DNA from: Myxococcota bacterium
GTDB taxonomy: Bacteria > Myxococcota_A > UBA796 > GCA-2862545
Assembly: GCA_039208735.1 (NCBI GenBank)
Contig: JBCCQY010000005.1
Location: 32,001-96,000, forward strand
Direction of reading: 5' to 3'
Length of the DNA stretch: 64,000 nt
Part shown: piece by piece, positions 38,514-49,472 of the stretch
How positions within the stretch are numbered: the stretch's first letter is position 1
How the letters are laid out: each line of letters opens with the position of its first letter
The notes under the pieces: generated by a model
What the model was told of the DNA's origin: nothing
Database searches by the model: none
The model's input: only the letters and a program-made list of their open reading frames with translations
Program-made: the position numbers and the translations under genes

Positions 38514-40069
38514 AGGGGCCAGGTGCGATGCAGCCGATGGAGCGGCATGTTGGGTCCGTGGGGTTCGGGAAGCCGGTCGACGGACGGATGGCCAAATTCG
38601 GCGCTGGTAAGACTTTTCCCAAGTTGGGTTTGGAGAAATTTCTTGGCGGTTTGCTCGTCGAGCTGGTTCGGTGTTTGGTAGCCCTGGCCAGACACCCAAA
38701 GTGCCTCAAGGGCAGGGAGGGTATGGCTTTCACCGAACCGAAGAAGGCTCTGTGAATCGAGTTGGCTGTCGCAAAGCGCGAATCGGCGAAGCGTTGGGAT
38801 GGGTGGACCCTCCGCCAACAACGACAACAAATCCGAGCTTCGCGCCCAGCTGAAGTAGGCGTTCACCTGAAGCGAATGAAGCTGTTCGAATGACGGGATC
38901 CACTGCGACCAAGTCTCGGTCGTCATGACGACTCGATCGAGGTTCAAGCGTCGCAGGGTTGAAAGAAAGGGCAAGACGCGAAAGGTAATCGCTGAACGAA
39001 TCACAGCGATTTGCAAGGTTCGCAGTTGGCGAAGAGCAGGGCTGTTGGCCAGGCCATTGTCCTGTTCTGGGGTTTCTATCGAATCGAAATCTCCGACCTC
39101 CAGCGAGCGGAGTCGGAGGGCCGGTGACGCATCGCGCAAGGGAACGAGCGGGGTGGGGTCTTCTCCAGCGCCCACGATCCAGTCCGAAATCCCGAAGATC
39201 CCGAGGTGCTCCAAGGCACGCACGTGCGGACTCTGCACGATGGCTCTCAACCCTGGTCGTTCCATCTGGATGCCGTTCAGCACGAGCCGTTTTAGGCACG
39301 CCAGGCCGGGCCACGCCGCGAGGCGCTCCATGGCGGCGGCTCCCATCGTTGGCGTGTCGCGGCCTTGGCTTTGAAAGTCGCTGAAGGTGTAGGTGGACAG
39401 GTCAAGCTCGACGAGGCCTTGGAGGTCCCGTTCGACGAGGACGTCGATGGCGGCGTCGTCGAGCAGGTTCCAGGGGAGGCAGAGGGCGTCGAGTCGGTCG
39501 AGATGCGGAGAGCCGAGCAGAATTCGAAGGTGCTCGGTGCGAAGATCGCTTGCCGTAAGGGTGAGCCGGCGCACGCTTGCGAGCAGGGGACTGTTCGCAA
39601 GCCAGCGCACTTCACGATCGTCGATCACCGTGCCCATGACCGTCAATTCGTCGATGCGAGGGTCGGCGTGCAAGGTCGGAATCGTGCCCATGCGGGGCCA
39701 GGGCAGGGTGACGCCGGTGACCAACGTAGCGTCAAGGGCCTTGCGGCCGATGTCATGCCACAACTCCGCGTTGCCGAGCCCGATGCGTCGAACGAATCCT
39801 CGATCGAATTCGCCCCAAGTGACGTTGGCATCGAGATCGGGAAGGGCTTCGCGCCACTTTGCTTCTCTGCGTTCCTGCAGGGCGCGCGCTTGCAGTTCGA
39901 GGGTGACCTGCTCGGGCGCATCGTCTTCGAGTTGGTGGCGCGCGATCTGAATGCGGATGAACGCGGCGCGGTCGCTGTCGCCTTGATCGTCGAGCCAGTC
40001 CGCATAGACCAGGCGGGCGTGGTCGTCGCCGGGATGAGTGCGAATGGCGTCTCGCAATTCCTGGGTCAT
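38510..40069 (-). CDS. TIGR02996 domain plus leucine-rich repeat protein
   Basis: AI...P.DD..RLVYADWL...G...RA.FIR.Q and FDRGFV, followed by LRRs. Confidence 0.85.
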   Translation of the reverse strand: MTQELRDAIRTHPGDDHARLVYADWLDDQGDSDRAAFIRIQIARHQLEDDAPEQVTLELQARALQERREAKWREALPDLDANVTWGEFDRGFVRRIGLGNAELWHDIGRKALDATLVTGVTLPWPRMGTIPTLHADPRIDELTVMGTVIDDREVRWLANSPLLASVRRLTLTASDLRTEHLRILLGSPHLDRLDALCLPWNLLDDAAIDVLVERDLQGLVELDLSTYTFSDFQSQGRDTPTMGAAAMERLAAWPGLACLKRLVLNGIQMERPGLRAIVQSPHVRALEHLGIFGISDWIVGAGEDPTPLVPLRDASPALRLRSLEVGDFDSIETPEQDNGLANSPALRQLRTLQIAVIRSAITFRVLPFLSTLRRLNLDRVVMTTETWSQWIPSFEQLHSLQVNAYFSWARSSDLLSLLAEGPPIPTLRRFALCDSQLDSQSLLRFGESHTLPALEALWVSGQGYQTPNQLDEQTAKKFLQTQLGKSLTSAEFGHPSVDRLPEPHGPNMPLHRLHRTWPL

Positions 40070-40184
40070 GGCATCCCACCCGCATGTAGGAATGAATTCC
40101 TGCGGAACGTACTTTTTCCCTGCAAGGTTACGACTTGGAGAAATCGACACCGCACAGCGATTCGATTGCGACTATAGTGCGCGC

Positions 40185-40937
40185 ATGATGACGTCATGGA
40201 TTGCGGTTTTGGGGCTCGGTTGTACCGAGCCAGCGCCGGACCTCGGGCCTACCACCTTGGCGGACCCGACCGTCCCCCAACCTACGGAGCCTCCGGCCCC
40301 GACGGATCCGCAGGATCCGACCGAGCCAGGTGACCCGTTCACGCCGGGTACCGGGGCGGATTGCGAGGGCGAAGAGACGTATCCGCTTGGCGCCGTCGAC
40401 CCGATGGCGATCGGCCAAGTGCTATCGCCGTACGCGTGGCCAAACGCCATCCACAACGGCACCGGAACCGCGGTGGGGCTCGACCTTGCCCTGACGCCCT
40501 GCAACCTTGATCCGAACATCGACTGGAGCGCGGCCGACGTCTTGCTCTTCATGTCGATTCCCTTTTGGTGAGGCACTTGTCGGAACCACGCCGGGGCGGT
40601 TGTGGGCATTGAAGACGAGATCGTGGCAGCCGGGGCAGAAATCATCTGGATTGACCAGGGGAATGGCGCAACAGCACAAGAGTGCTACGAACGGTTCCAA
40701 AACCAAGACAGCACGAAGGGTTGGTGCGTGGGTGACGGCGAGACGTTGCCGGTCGCCGGCACCTTCGACAACTCCCCACTCGCGGTGAACCGCGGCTTTG
40801 ACATCATTGTCGATCGTCGTTCGATGACGATCGTGTGGGACTCAAGCCACGGGTCGACGGCCGGCAACGACAATCCGTCGGCCCAGGACGTACTCGAGGC
40901 GGTCCAGGCCGCAGTGGCCCAGTCGCGGGCGCGCTGA
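40185..40937 (+). CDS. Putative selenoprotein lipoprotein with thioredoxin-like UxxC motif (TGA read-through at 40569-40571)
   Basis: ORFs 40038-40571 and 40602-40937 share a frame; joined sequence LLFMSIPFW-U-GTCRNHA; lipobox LGLGC; hairpin 14 nt after the TGA. Confidence 0.78.
40586..40605 (+). promoter_or_regulatory. SECIS-like hairpin
   Basis: CCACGCCG-GGG-CGGU-U-GUGG: 8-bp stem with bulged U and G-rich loop. Confidence 0.55.
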
Positions 40938-40955
40938 ACCGCGGGTCGCACGGTG

Positions 40956-41633
40956 TCAGCTCGTCTGAACCAAGGTTCTGAGGCGGGCGTTCAGGTCATC
41001 CACGACGTCGTGCAGGTGCGCTGAAACGCCGTGCTGGTGCTCGACGAACCGATGCCAGCGACCCACAGCGATCTCATCTCGCCAAAACTCGGCTCGCCCT
41101 GGACCCGTCCACCATCGCTCCCATCCCACGTCGCGGCGCATGGCATCGTCGATGGCGCCTGGGGTCACCGCTCCTGCGCGGAGGGTCCACCATACGTCGC
41201 CCAGGTCCTTTGCACGCCACGCGCGAGGCCCTCGTTCTACGACGACCCCGAGCTTGCGGGCGACCACGGTGCTGAGTGGGCAGCCCCATACGTCGCCGAG
41301 CCATTCGATCGCTTCGGGCCACGCAAACGTGAGGTCCACCACAACATCTCGCCACGCCCCGTCGATCGGCACCGATGTGGTCACACGCAAGCTGTCGGGC
41401 CCCGTGCGGTCGACGCGTAGCTGCGTGGCAAACCCATGGCGCACGAGCCGGGACCGCAGCTGCTGTCGAACGAATTCGGCGTCGTTGGGCCACGTGCAGT
41501 ACAGATCGATGTCGCGGGTCGGGCGTTGCATCTCGGGAAACGCGCGACGAATCCGCAGGCCGCCGCGAAGGGCAACGACCGGTCCTACGTCCTCGAGCGC
41601 GGCGAGAAGGGCACCGAGGTGGCGGTGATCTAT
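40956..41633 (-). CDS. AbiEii-family nucleotidyltransferase (start uncertain)
   Basis: LRGG.......R.TRDIDL, VDL, K..V, R.KDL.DV motifs; no canonical start codon near the expected N-terminus. Confidence 0.6.
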   Translation of the reverse strand: MDHRHLGALLAALEDVGPVVALRGGLRIRRAFPEMQRPTRDIDLYCTWPNDAEFVRQQLRSRLVRHGFATQLRVDRTGPDSLRVTTSVPIDGAWRDVVVDLTFAWPEAIEWLGDVWGCPLSTVVARKLGVVVERGPRAWRAKDLGDVWWTLRAGAVTPGAIDDAMRRDVGWERWWTGPGRAEFWRDEIAVGRWHRFVEHQHGVSAHLHDVVDDLNARLRTLVQTS

Positions 41634-43510
41634 CGGAGCCCCTCGATGAGCCGGGCGACCTCGTGCATCACATCTGGGTCCTCGATGGTGGCGGGCATGG
41701 ACCAAGTCTGACCGTCCGCGATTTGGCGCAGGGTTCCTCGCAAGATCTTGCCGGATCGCGTCTTGGGGAGACGAGGCACGACGATGGCGTGCTTGAACGC
41801 GGCCACCGGCCCTATGGTGGACCGCACTGCGGCGACGGTGTCGGAAATGACTTGCTCGTGAGGGGTGGTGCAACCCTGATTCACCACGATGAGTCCCCAC
41901 GGAAGCTGGCCCTTGGTGCCGTCGGTGACGCCAATGACGGCACACTCGGCCACGTCCGCGTGGCTGGCCACGACCTCCTCGAGGGCCCCCGTCGACAACC
42001 GGTGCCCTGCGACGTTGATTACATCGTCGGTCCGGGCCATCACGAAGACATACCCGTCCTCATCGATGTAGCCTGCGTCGGCGGTGGTATAGAAGCCCGG
42101 AAAGCGCGACAAGTAGGCCTGGATGAAGCGCTCGTCTGCTCCCCAAAGGGTGGGAAGGGCACCGGGAGGCAGAGGCAGCTTCACCACGAGATTTCCGATG
42201 TCGCCCCGGGCCACCGGTTCACCCCCGTCATCGAGGACCTGCAAATCCCAGCCCGGCACCGGCACACTCGCCGATCCGGGCTTCACCGGCAGTGGTTCGA
42301 TGCCCCGCGGGTTGGTCACGATGGGCCAGCCGGTTTCCGTCTGCCACCAGTGGTCGATCACGGGGACGCCAAGGTGCTCTTCGGCCCATCGCAACGTCGG
42401 CGGATCGCATCGCTCGCCCGCGAGGAAGAGGGTGCGAAGGCTGGATCGGTCGTAGGATTTCAAGTACTGGCCGGTCGGATCCTGACCCTTGATGGCACGA
42501 AAGGCGGTGGGCGCGGTGAACAACACGTTCACCTGATGATCGGCCACCACTCGCCAGAACGCGCCAGGATCGGGCGTTCCCACCGGTTTGCCTTCGTACA
42601 TCACGGTGGTGCAGCGTTGCAGGAGCGGGGCGTACACGATGTAGCTATGCCCGACCACCCAACCGACATCGCTGGCGGCCCAATACACGTCGCCCGGTTG
42701 CGTCCCGTAGAGGTTGGCCATCGACCAATGCAAGGCGACGGCATGGCCACCGTTGTCACGCACCACCCCTTTCGGCTGACCCGTCGTCCCTGACGTGTAG
42801 AGGATGTACAGAGGGTCCGTCGCCTCGACGGGAACGGGAGGATGAGGCTTGGCTTCGGCCATGAGGGTGGCCCAATCCTGGTCACGGCCCGGTGCCAAGT
42901 CGGCCGACAGTTGCGGCCGCTGGACAACGAGACAGCGAGGCACGATGTGAGAGGCGATACGAAGCGCCTCGTCGAGCAGCGGCTTGTAAGGAACGACGCG
43001 CTTTGGCTCGAGCCCGCAGGACGCGGTGATGACCAAGGTGGGTTGGGCATCGTCGATGCGAGCGGCGAGTTGGGCGCTCGCAAAGCCCCCAAACACCACC
43101 GAATGGACGGCCCCCAAGCGGGCGCAAGCAAGCATCGCAATGGCCGCCTCGGGAATCATGGGAAGGTAGATGACGACGCGGTCACCCTTCTGGACGCCAA
43201 GGTTGGCCAGGGCGCCGGCACAGCGTGCTACCGCATCGGTGAGTTCGGCGTAGGTGTAGCGGGTGACGGTGTTGGTCATCGCGCTGTCGTGCACCAACGC
43301 GAGTTGGTCGCCGAATCCGGCCTCCACATGACGATCGAGCGCGTTGGCACAGGTGTTGAGCTTTCCCCCGACAAACCAGCGGGCAGCGGGCGTCCGCGTT
43401 CGATCGAGGACCTGATCGAAGGGGTGGATCCAGTCGATTCCTTTGGCGGCCTCCGCCCAGAAGCCTTCAGGGTCCTGCAACGCGCGGGCGGCCAAATCGG
43501 CATAGGTCAT
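41630..43510 (-). CDS. prpE: Propionyl-CoA synthetase
   Basis: LYTSGTTGQPKGVVRDNGGHAVAL, ASDVGWVVGHSY, DHWWQTE, LPKTRSGKILR. Confidence 0.9.
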   Translation of the reverse strand: MTYADLAARALQDPEGFWAEAAKGIDWIHPFDQVLDRTRTPAARWFVGGKLNTCANALDRHVEAGFGDQLALVHDSAMTNTVTRYTYAELTDAVARCAGALANLGVQKGDRVVIYLPMIPEAAIAMLACARLGAVHSVVFGGFASAQLAARIDDAQPTLVITASCGLEPKRVVPYKPLLDEALRIASHIVPRCLVVQRPQLSADLAPGRDQDWATLMAEAKPHPPVPVEATDPLYILYTSGTTGQPKGVVRDNGGHAVALHWSMANLYGTQPGDVYWAASDVGWVVGHSYIVYAPLLQRCTTVMYEGKPVGTPDPGAFWRVVADHQVNVLFTAPTAFRAIKGQDPTGQYLKSYDRSSLRTLFLAGERCDPPTLRWAEEHLGVPVIDHWWQTETGWPIVTNPRGIEPLPVKPGSASVPVPGWDLQVLDDGGEPVARGDIGNLVVKLPLPPGALPTLWGADERFIQAYLSRFPGFYTTADAGYIDEDGYVFVMARTDDVINVAGHRLSTGALEEVVASHADVAECAVIGVTDGTKGQLPWGLIVVNQGCTTPHEQVISDTVAAVRSTIGPVAAFKHAIVVPRLPKTRSGKILRGTLRQIADGQTWSMPATIEDPDVMHEVARLIEGLR

Positions 43511-43582
43511 CGAAATCCCTCCGAGTGGATTCGACGAGCTTACACGCTACCCGACGCGGTTCGTCTGTCGTACAGTGCTTCC

Positions 43583-44455
43583 ATGGCAGACGGACCGACC
43601 TACAAGAACGGTGTGCAGTGGCGGGTTTCGGGGATTCCGAAGCAGCCGTTTCGAGACCTCTTCCCGCGGTTGATGGGCGCGTCTTGGACGGTCACAATCT
43701 TTTGGGCATTTGCGGCTTACGTGGGCACGTGTGTCCTGTTTGCGGGGCTATTTGCGCTCGAGCCGCACGGGGTAAGGGGTGCCAAGTCCACGGCCGACCT
43801 CATGTGGTTCAGCGTCCAGACGTTGTCGACCATCGGCTACGGCGGCATGACGCCCGCTACGGCATGGGCCAACTTCCTCGTCATTGTGGAGTCGTTCATT
43901 GGCCTTGCCGGGGTCGCGGTGGTCACGGCCATTCTCTACGCCAAGTTCTCGCTGCCGGAAGCCCGGGTTCAATTCAGTGAATGCCTCGCGGTTCACGATT
44001 GGCAAGGCGTGCCCACGCTCCACATCCGGATGGTCAACGAACGGGTCACGCCCATTCTTGATGCGGACATCCACGTGGGTGTGTTGGTCGATGAATCCGA
44101 AGAAGGTCGGCGATTTCGTCGACTTCACGACGTGCCTTTGGTCCGGAGTCGGGTGCCGTTCTTCGCCTTGTCCTTTACGATGATGCACGTCCTGGACGAC
44201 TCGAGTCCGTTGCGGGTGGCGAAGAACGACCCTGAACGCTTGCATTTCATCATCGTTACCGTGCGAGGGGTCGATGGCCGAACCCTTCAACCCGTGTTTA
44301 CGCGAACGCTGTTCAACAAAGACGACTTGCGGTTTGGCATGGGGTTCGCGGACATGGTCGACGCCGACCGCGATGGCGTGGCGATTTTGGATATGACGCG
44401 CATCAATGCCATGGTTCCCCGCCCCTTCACGAAGTCCACGGAACGAGGTTCGTGA
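43583..44455 (+). CDS. Inward-rectifier (KirBac-like) potassium channel
   Basis: FSVQTLSTIGYG selectivity filter, AKFS.P...V.FS, G.PTL..R..N.R, H.LD..SPL. Confidence 0.9.
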   Translation: MADGPTYKNGVQWRVSGIPKQPFRDLFPRLMGASWTVTIFWAFAAYVGTCVLFAGLFALEPHGVRGAKSTADLMWFSVQTLSTIGYGGMTPATAWANFLVIVESFIGLAGVAVVTAILYAKFSLPEARVQFSECLAVHDWQGVPTLHIRMVNERVTPILDADIHVGVLVDESEEGRRFRRLHDVPLVRSRVPFFALSFTMMHVLDDSSPLRVAKNDPERLHFIIVTVRGVDGRTLQPVFTRTLFNKDDLRFGMGFADMVDADRDGVAILDMTRINAMVPRPFTKSTERGS

Positions 44456-45177
44456 TCGGCACCGTGGATGGGCTGCTCTACGCGCTTGTCGGCCTGACCT
44501 TGGTGGGCGCGCCGATCTGGAGCCGCCTACGCTCCGAAGAGCGGGTGGCCAAGCTGGCCGAGGGCGATGGCCCCACCCGACGTCGCATGACGCTTCGCTC
44601 TATCGCGATTCAGTGGACGGCCGCTGCGGTTCTGGGGAGCGCGTGGTTCGCATCTGGCCGTGGTCTAGCACCCCTCCGGCTGGCCTCTTTACCGGAAGGA
44701 CCGGTGGCGTGGGGCACCGTTGCCGCGACACTGGCCGTCGTGGGCTTGCTGACCGTATCTTGGTTGCGTGCCATGCGGTCTTCGGCGGCGCTGGCCCACC
44801 TGCGTAGCACCGTCGAGCCTGCGGTGTTGGGGCTCATGCCGCGAACGTCGGCCGACTTCATCCGCTTCGTGGGACTTTCGGTCACCGCTGGACTCTGTGA
44901 GGAGTTCGTGTACCGCGGGGTCGCGCTTGCTCTGCTGACCGAAGGGCTCGGGCTATGGCCGGCCCTCGCCCTCACGACGGTCGCATTTGGGGCAAGCCAC
45001 GCCTACCAGGGGCCCCGCGGCATGCTCCGCACCGGTGTGGTGGGACTCGTCTTCGCGGGGATGGTGGTGGTGACGGGCGCGTTGAGCCTGGCCATGGCCG
45101 TGCACGCCTGGGTCGACATCGTGCAGGGGCGTCTCCTCGCCGAGGCCGTCAAGGCCCCTGACGAGGTCGACGACTAG
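44452..45177 (+). CDS. CPBP (CAAX/Abi) intramembrane metalloprotease
   Basis: EEFVYRG, FG..H.YQG, H...D motifs; multiple TM helices. Confidence 0.88.
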   Translation: MIGTVDGLLYALVGLTLVGAPIWSRLRSEERVAKLAEGDGPTRRRMTLRSIAIQWTAAAVLGSAWFASGRGLAPLRLASLPEGPVAWGTVAATLAVVGLLTVSWLRAMRSSAALAHLRSTVEPAVLGLMPRTSADFIRFVGLSVTAGLCEEFVYRGVALALLTEGLGLWPALALTTVAFGASHAYQGPRGMLRTGVVGLVFAGMVVVTGALSLAMAVHAWVDIVQGRLLAEAVKAPDEVDD

Positions 45178-46709
45178 GGCGTGGCGGTGCCGTTGAAGTA
45201 GGGCAAGAGGAAGTGGTAGCCGGCCGCACCGACCACCCGACCAATGTCCTGACCCGCGGGAATCGAGTCCGCGAAGTGCACCCCGCCCCAGAACCGGGTC
45301 AGGCCGCACTCGTCTCGCAGATCATCCCACGTCTGGTAGGTCAGGGTCACGTCGTGGGGCGGGCTGTTGGGCTCGACAAACGAGCTACCCGTCAACTTGG
45401 TAATGCTCCAGTCGAGCGTGTTGCCCGTGGGGTTGAGCGGCGAATTGCGCGCTCCAAGGTACAACTTCGCGGCTTCGGCGTGGGCCGCGCAGAAGCTTGC
45501 TGTGGCCGAGGGATACTCGGGGTGGTTGGCCACGTTGAGGTAGGACCGCCATTCGGCACCGGTGATGTCATGCACGGTGCCCTGGCCAGGCCCGCCCCAA
45601 GCGGTCAGCTGGGTGTTCTCGTAGAGGAGCTCGATCGCACTGAACGGGCGAACGGCGTCAAAACGTCGCTTCTCCTTCCAAATCACGATGGCGGTGTCGA
45701 ACGCGGCCGCATTCACCAGAAAGTCCACCTCGAGGAACTCCTGGAGGGTGAGCTGCTGCTGGAAGGACGCCACGGCGATCGACAGCCCAAGGCTGTTGAT
45801 CTTGTCCTCGAAGACTTCGGCGGCCATCTTCTGCTCGAGGGTCAGGTTGGCCGACGCATCGATGACCTCGTCGGCCTGGTCGATGTAGCGCCTACGGGGG
45901 TTGCCGTTGGGAGCCACCGCGAAGCTCCGGCCTGGGCGAGGGGCCCGAAGGTTGGGGTGCGCAGTAAGGAAGGGATCGGTGATTTCCATTTGCGGCGTGA
46001 CGAAGCTCTGAACCGAAAACAGGCCATTGCCCGCTGTCACGATGGCCGGCTGCCAACGTCGTGGATCGCGAAGTCGGGTGGCTCGGTTGAAGGGCCGGTA
46101 GTTTGTGTAGTCCGCGTAGGGCTGGCGGTTGTAGATGGCGCCATTTTCGTCGCCGAGCTGATTCATGCCGTCCTGCAGACGGGCGTTCATGACGGCTTGG
46201 CCCGCGGCCGTACCGATGCTCATGGCCATCTGCTCGGCCGGGTCGTGCTCGTCGACATGCAGCGCGGCAATCATCGCATCCCAGTCATCCGCGAACTGGG
46301 GAATCAGGCTGTCCACGACGGGCTTGCTCGCGTAGACCAACGCAATGTCACAATTCCGGGAGGTCTGCTCGGCCACCGGGCGGCGAGTCGTGTTGTAGAT
46401 CAGCCCGATGGCATTGTCGTCGTAGGGCGCGCAGGCGTCATACCAGGCGTTCGTAATCGTGGCCGTCAGGCGAAGCACCAAGGTCGCATCGCCGGGATTT
46501 ACGACGTTGAGCATCCGCGTGCCGACAACGGGAATCACCAACGTGAAAGGGGTTGTATTCTGTAAAATCGGTTCACCGGGCTGGATGGAGTCCGGTGCGG
46601 GGATGGGGGCAAGCTCTGGAGATTGTGCTAATGCCGCCGGGGAAATCGACAGGAAGCCGGCAATCGCAAGCCCTGCCACCCAGCGAGACCGGGCCAAGGT
46701 AGTGAACAT
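45174..46709 (-). CDS. Secreted vanadium-dependent haloperoxidase/PAP2-superfamily protein
   Basis: W.EK...DAVRP, HPEYPS, RFWGGVHF motifs; signal peptide. Confidence 0.8.
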   Translation of the reverse strand: MFTTLARSRWVAGLAIAGFLSISPAALAQSPELAPIPAPDSIQPGEPILQNTTPFTLVIPVVGTRMLNVVNPGDATLVLRLTATITNAWYDACAPYDDNAIGLIYNTTRRPVAEQTSRNCDIALVYASKPVVDSLIPQFADDWDAMIAALHVDEHDPAEQMAMSIGTAAGQAVMNARLQDGMNQLGDENGAIYNRQPYADYTNYRPFNRATRLRDPRRWQPAIVTAGNGLFSVQSFVTPQMEITDPFLTAHPNLRAPRPGRSFAVAPNGNPRRRYIDQADEVIDASANLTLEQKMAAEVFEDKINSLGLSIAVASFQQQLTLQEFLEVDFLVNAAAFDTAIVIWKEKRRFDAVRPFSAIELLYENTQLTAWGGPGQGTVHDITGAEWRSYLNVANHPEYPSATASFCAAHAEAAKLYLGARNSPLNPTGNTLDWSITKLTGSSFVEPNSPPHDVTLTYQTWDDLRDECGLTRFWGGVHFADSIPAGQDIGRVVGAAGYHFLLPYFNGTATP

Positions 46710-46823
46710 GTGCTCTCCAAGACCAGACGGCGCCGAAGCGCTGGCCGTCAAGAGTTGACGGCAAGGCCAAGGTAGGGCGTGGCTGGGAGGCTGTCGATAA
46801 TGGCTGCTTTCCATTACTGTAAA

Positions 46824-46975
46824 TCAGCTGTTGGGGGACTTTCCAATGCCTCCCAGGCCCGTCGAGGTCAGACGCGGGCGCCCCGCATCGACGGCCCCAC
46901 GGACGACCGTGATCTCAGCTGTACGCCCGACGAAGGAGCTGCCGGATGAGGGAACGGGGGACGAGGAGCGCATGC
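46824..46975 (-). pseudogene. Remnant of a STAND/AfsR-like ATPase N-terminus
   Basis: SSFVGR.AEI...(RL)TSTGLGGIGKS followed by an early stop. Confidence 0.5.
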
Positions 46976-47146
46976 GGACCGATATCGTTGTTGGATCGCG
47001 GGGTTGCACGCCGTCGAACCTGGGGGCGTCCTTCGCCCAGGCAGAACCTGGGCAACAAATAGTCAAGTGTCTACCCGCCTGCTCGAGCGCCGGCGGCTCG
47101 ACTGCGGCGCCTGGTCACAGGTATTCTCCGCAGAGGAGGTCGCCGG

Positions 47147-48667
47147 ATGGAAAAGAAGGGGGCCCAACGGGACCAACTTCCCGAACTTCTCGAGCATCAC
47201 GGTGGTTTGCGGGTCGGCGTTGCAGGAGACGTCAGCGCCCAAACCGGGGTGCCCGAAGCGGATGTCTACGGGGTGGCGTCGTTCTACACGTTGCTCGCCC
47301 AGCCCGATGCGGGCGTACGGGTCTGCCAGGGGCTGTCCTGTCAGCTGGCGGGGACCGAGGCGCGCGCACAGGAGCTGGCGGCAGTCGGGACGCCCTTTAC
47401 GAAGGTGAGCTGTCTTGGGCAGTGCGACCGGGCTCCCGTGGCCTTGGATCCCACCCTCGAGCTCCTGGCGTGGGGCGGGGCCGGAACCGTGACGTCTGCC
47501 AATTCGGACCTGCCCATGAACCTCGCGGGGGCGGACGACGCCTCCTACTCCGCCTTGAAGCAGGCGCGAGAACGCGGGGCCGAGGCGCTGCTCGCCGAGC
47601 TGAAGGCGAGCGGCCTGCAGGGGCGAGGCGGCGCCGGGTTTCCGGCCCACATCAAGTGGCAGGCCGTGCGCAACGAGCGGGAACTCGAGCGTTTTGTCGT
47701 GGTCAACGCCGATGAAAGCGAACCGGGCACCTTCAAGGACCGGGAGCTTCTGCTGCGGCGGCCGCACCTGGTGCTTGAGGGGGCGGCGATCGCCGCTTGG
47801 TTCGCCAAGGCATCGGTCGTCTACCTCTACCTGCGAGGAGAGTTCACCGACTGTCGGCGTCGCCTGGAGACGGCGGTGGCCGAGGCGCAACCCCATCTTG
47901 GGGACCTCGAGATTCGGCTTTCGTTGGGGCACGGTGCCTATATCTGTGGCGAAGAAACGGCGTTACTCGAGGCGATTGAAGGCAAGCGAGGCATGCCGCG
48001 GCACAAGCCTCCGTTCCCGACCCAGCGAGGGCTCTTTGGCAAACCCACGTTGATGAACAACGTGGAGACATTGGCGTGTGTGCCCAGCATCGTGAAGCGA
48101 GGTGGAGACTGGTTCCGCGCGCAGGGTCGCACCGAGGCCGGCACCAAACTGTATTGCATCTCGGGCCATGTGGAGCGACCGGGGGTGTACGAGCTGCCGC
48201 TCGGAGTGACGCTCGATGAACTGGTGCAGGCCGCGGGTGGCTACGTGGGCACGCCAAAGGCGTTTTCGCCGGGCGGGGCCGCCTCGGGGTTTCTGCCCAT
48301 CACGAAACGTGATGTACCGCTTGACATGGGCCATCTCAAAGCCGAAGGATCCATGCTCGGAAGTGCCGGGGTGGTGGTCCTGAACGACACGGTCGACATG
48401 GCCCAAGCTGCGCTCTGGCAACAGATCTTCTTTGAAGACGAGACCTGCGGCCAATGTGCCCCGTGTCGCATCGGGTGTTCCCTTCAGCGGCAGGCCCTCG
48501 AGGGCTACGTAGGCGACCGTTCCGTGCCCAGCCGGCTCGATGCGGTCGAAGACGTCCACTGGGAGATGGAGGAAGGATCGATTTGCGGCCTCGGGGTCAC
48601 GGCGAGCCTGCCGCTGGTCACAGCGATGCGCCATTTCCCTGAGGATTTTGGCCGATCTGAACCGTAA
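47147..48667 (+). CDS. NuoE-NuoF fusion: NAD(H)/FMN-binding subunit of an NAD-dependent formate dehydrogenase (FdsG/FdsB-like)
   Basis: VCQGLSC..SCLGQC [2Fe-2S]; [44 protein letters not shown]. Confidence 0.9.
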   Translation: MEKKGAQRDQLPELLEHHGGLRVGVAGDVSAQTGVPEADVYGVASFYTLLAQPDAGVRVCQGLSCQLAGTEARAQELAAVGTPFTKVSCLGQCDRAPVALDPTLELLAWGGAGTVTSANSDLPMNLAGADDASYSALKQARERGAEALLAELKASGLQGRGGAGFPAHIKWQAVRNERELERFVVVNADESEPGTFKDRELLLRRPHLVLEGAAIAAWFAKASVVYLYLRGEFTDCRRRLETAVAEAQPHLGDLEIRLSLGHGAYICGEETALLEAIEGKRGMPRHKPPFPTQRGLFGKPTLMNNVETLACVPSIVKRGGDWFRAQGRTEAGTKLYCISGHVERPGVYELPLGVTLDELVQAAGGYVGTPKAFSPGGAASGFLPITKRDVPLDMGHLKAEGSMLGSAGVVVLNDTVDMAQAALWQQIFFEDETCGQCAPCRIGCSLQRQALEGYVGDRSVPSRLDAVEDVHWEMEEGSICGLGVTASLPLVTAMRHFPEDFGRSEP

Positions 48668-49472
48668 ATCCGCCTTCCACACGAAGATAGAAGGAACAGT
48701 CCTCCGACGAGCGACACGACACATGGTGCAGGGATGGACCTTTCGAATGGAAGGTGCTGCCAAGCTCCAAGCCGATGGCTTCAACCTCGCCCAGGACGGG
48801 CTGCCCTTGCAGAACCACGGCTCGAAACGCAGGACCGTCGGTCAGGATCGAGCCCTCGAACCCTGCGGGAAATCGAAGCAGCGACCCGCTCGGATGTTCG
48901 TCTTCGGGTTGCCCCCACAGGTACGCCACCTTTGGCATTGGGCCCATTGCGGTGCGATCGAGGGCGCTCAACCACACGAGGTTGGACCGGTCTACGTTGA
49001 TCGGCACCTCTTCGGTCGAGAAGGCGGCCTCCACGGGCTTGACGAGGTAAGGCCCCTCGTCGATCTCGATGTAAGCCAGCACATCGGCCCCCTTGGCGGA
49101 AGTGATGTGGACCTGGCCCTTCGGTTGCGTCCAAAAGGACCCTGCGGGCATCCACTGCACCGCTGCGTCGGGGTCATCGTTGTGAAGCAGTCCGCGAAGG
49201 ACGACGCCCCGGTACGTCACGTTGTGGATGTGGGGAGGGGACTCGAAGCCGTCGACGGGCTTGAGCAGAAACCCCGTCGCCTCAGTGCCATTTCGATCGC
49301 CCCAAAGGGTGCCCGCCATCGGGCTTTGGTCGCCGCGGGCGGGATTGAGGGCTTCCCACTGGACGTCCGACGAAAGCAACACCGTCGCTTCGGTGCTTCG
49401 GGCATACGGCGTCGGTAGCGCGGATGTCTTGGAACATCCCACGGCAAGCGACGAAGCCAGGAGCGCGCTCAT
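48618..49472 (-). CDS. DUF4437-type cupin lipoprotein
   Basis: [39 protein letters not shown]; lipobox AVGC. Confidence 0.78.
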   Translation of the reverse strand: MSALLASSLAVGCSKTSALPTPYARSTEATVLLSSDVQWEALNPARGDQSPMAGTLWGDRNGTEATGFLLKPVDGFESPPHIHNVTYRGVVLRGLLHNDDPDAAVQWMPAGSFWTQPKGQVHITSAKGADVLAYIEIDEGPYLVKPVEAAFSTEEVPINVDRSNLVWLSALDRTAMGPMPKVAYLWGQPEDEHPSGSLLRFPAGFEGSILTDGPAFRAVVLQGQPVLGEVEAIGLELGSTFHSKGPSLHHVSCRSSEDCSFYLRVEGGFTVQIGQNPQGNGASL

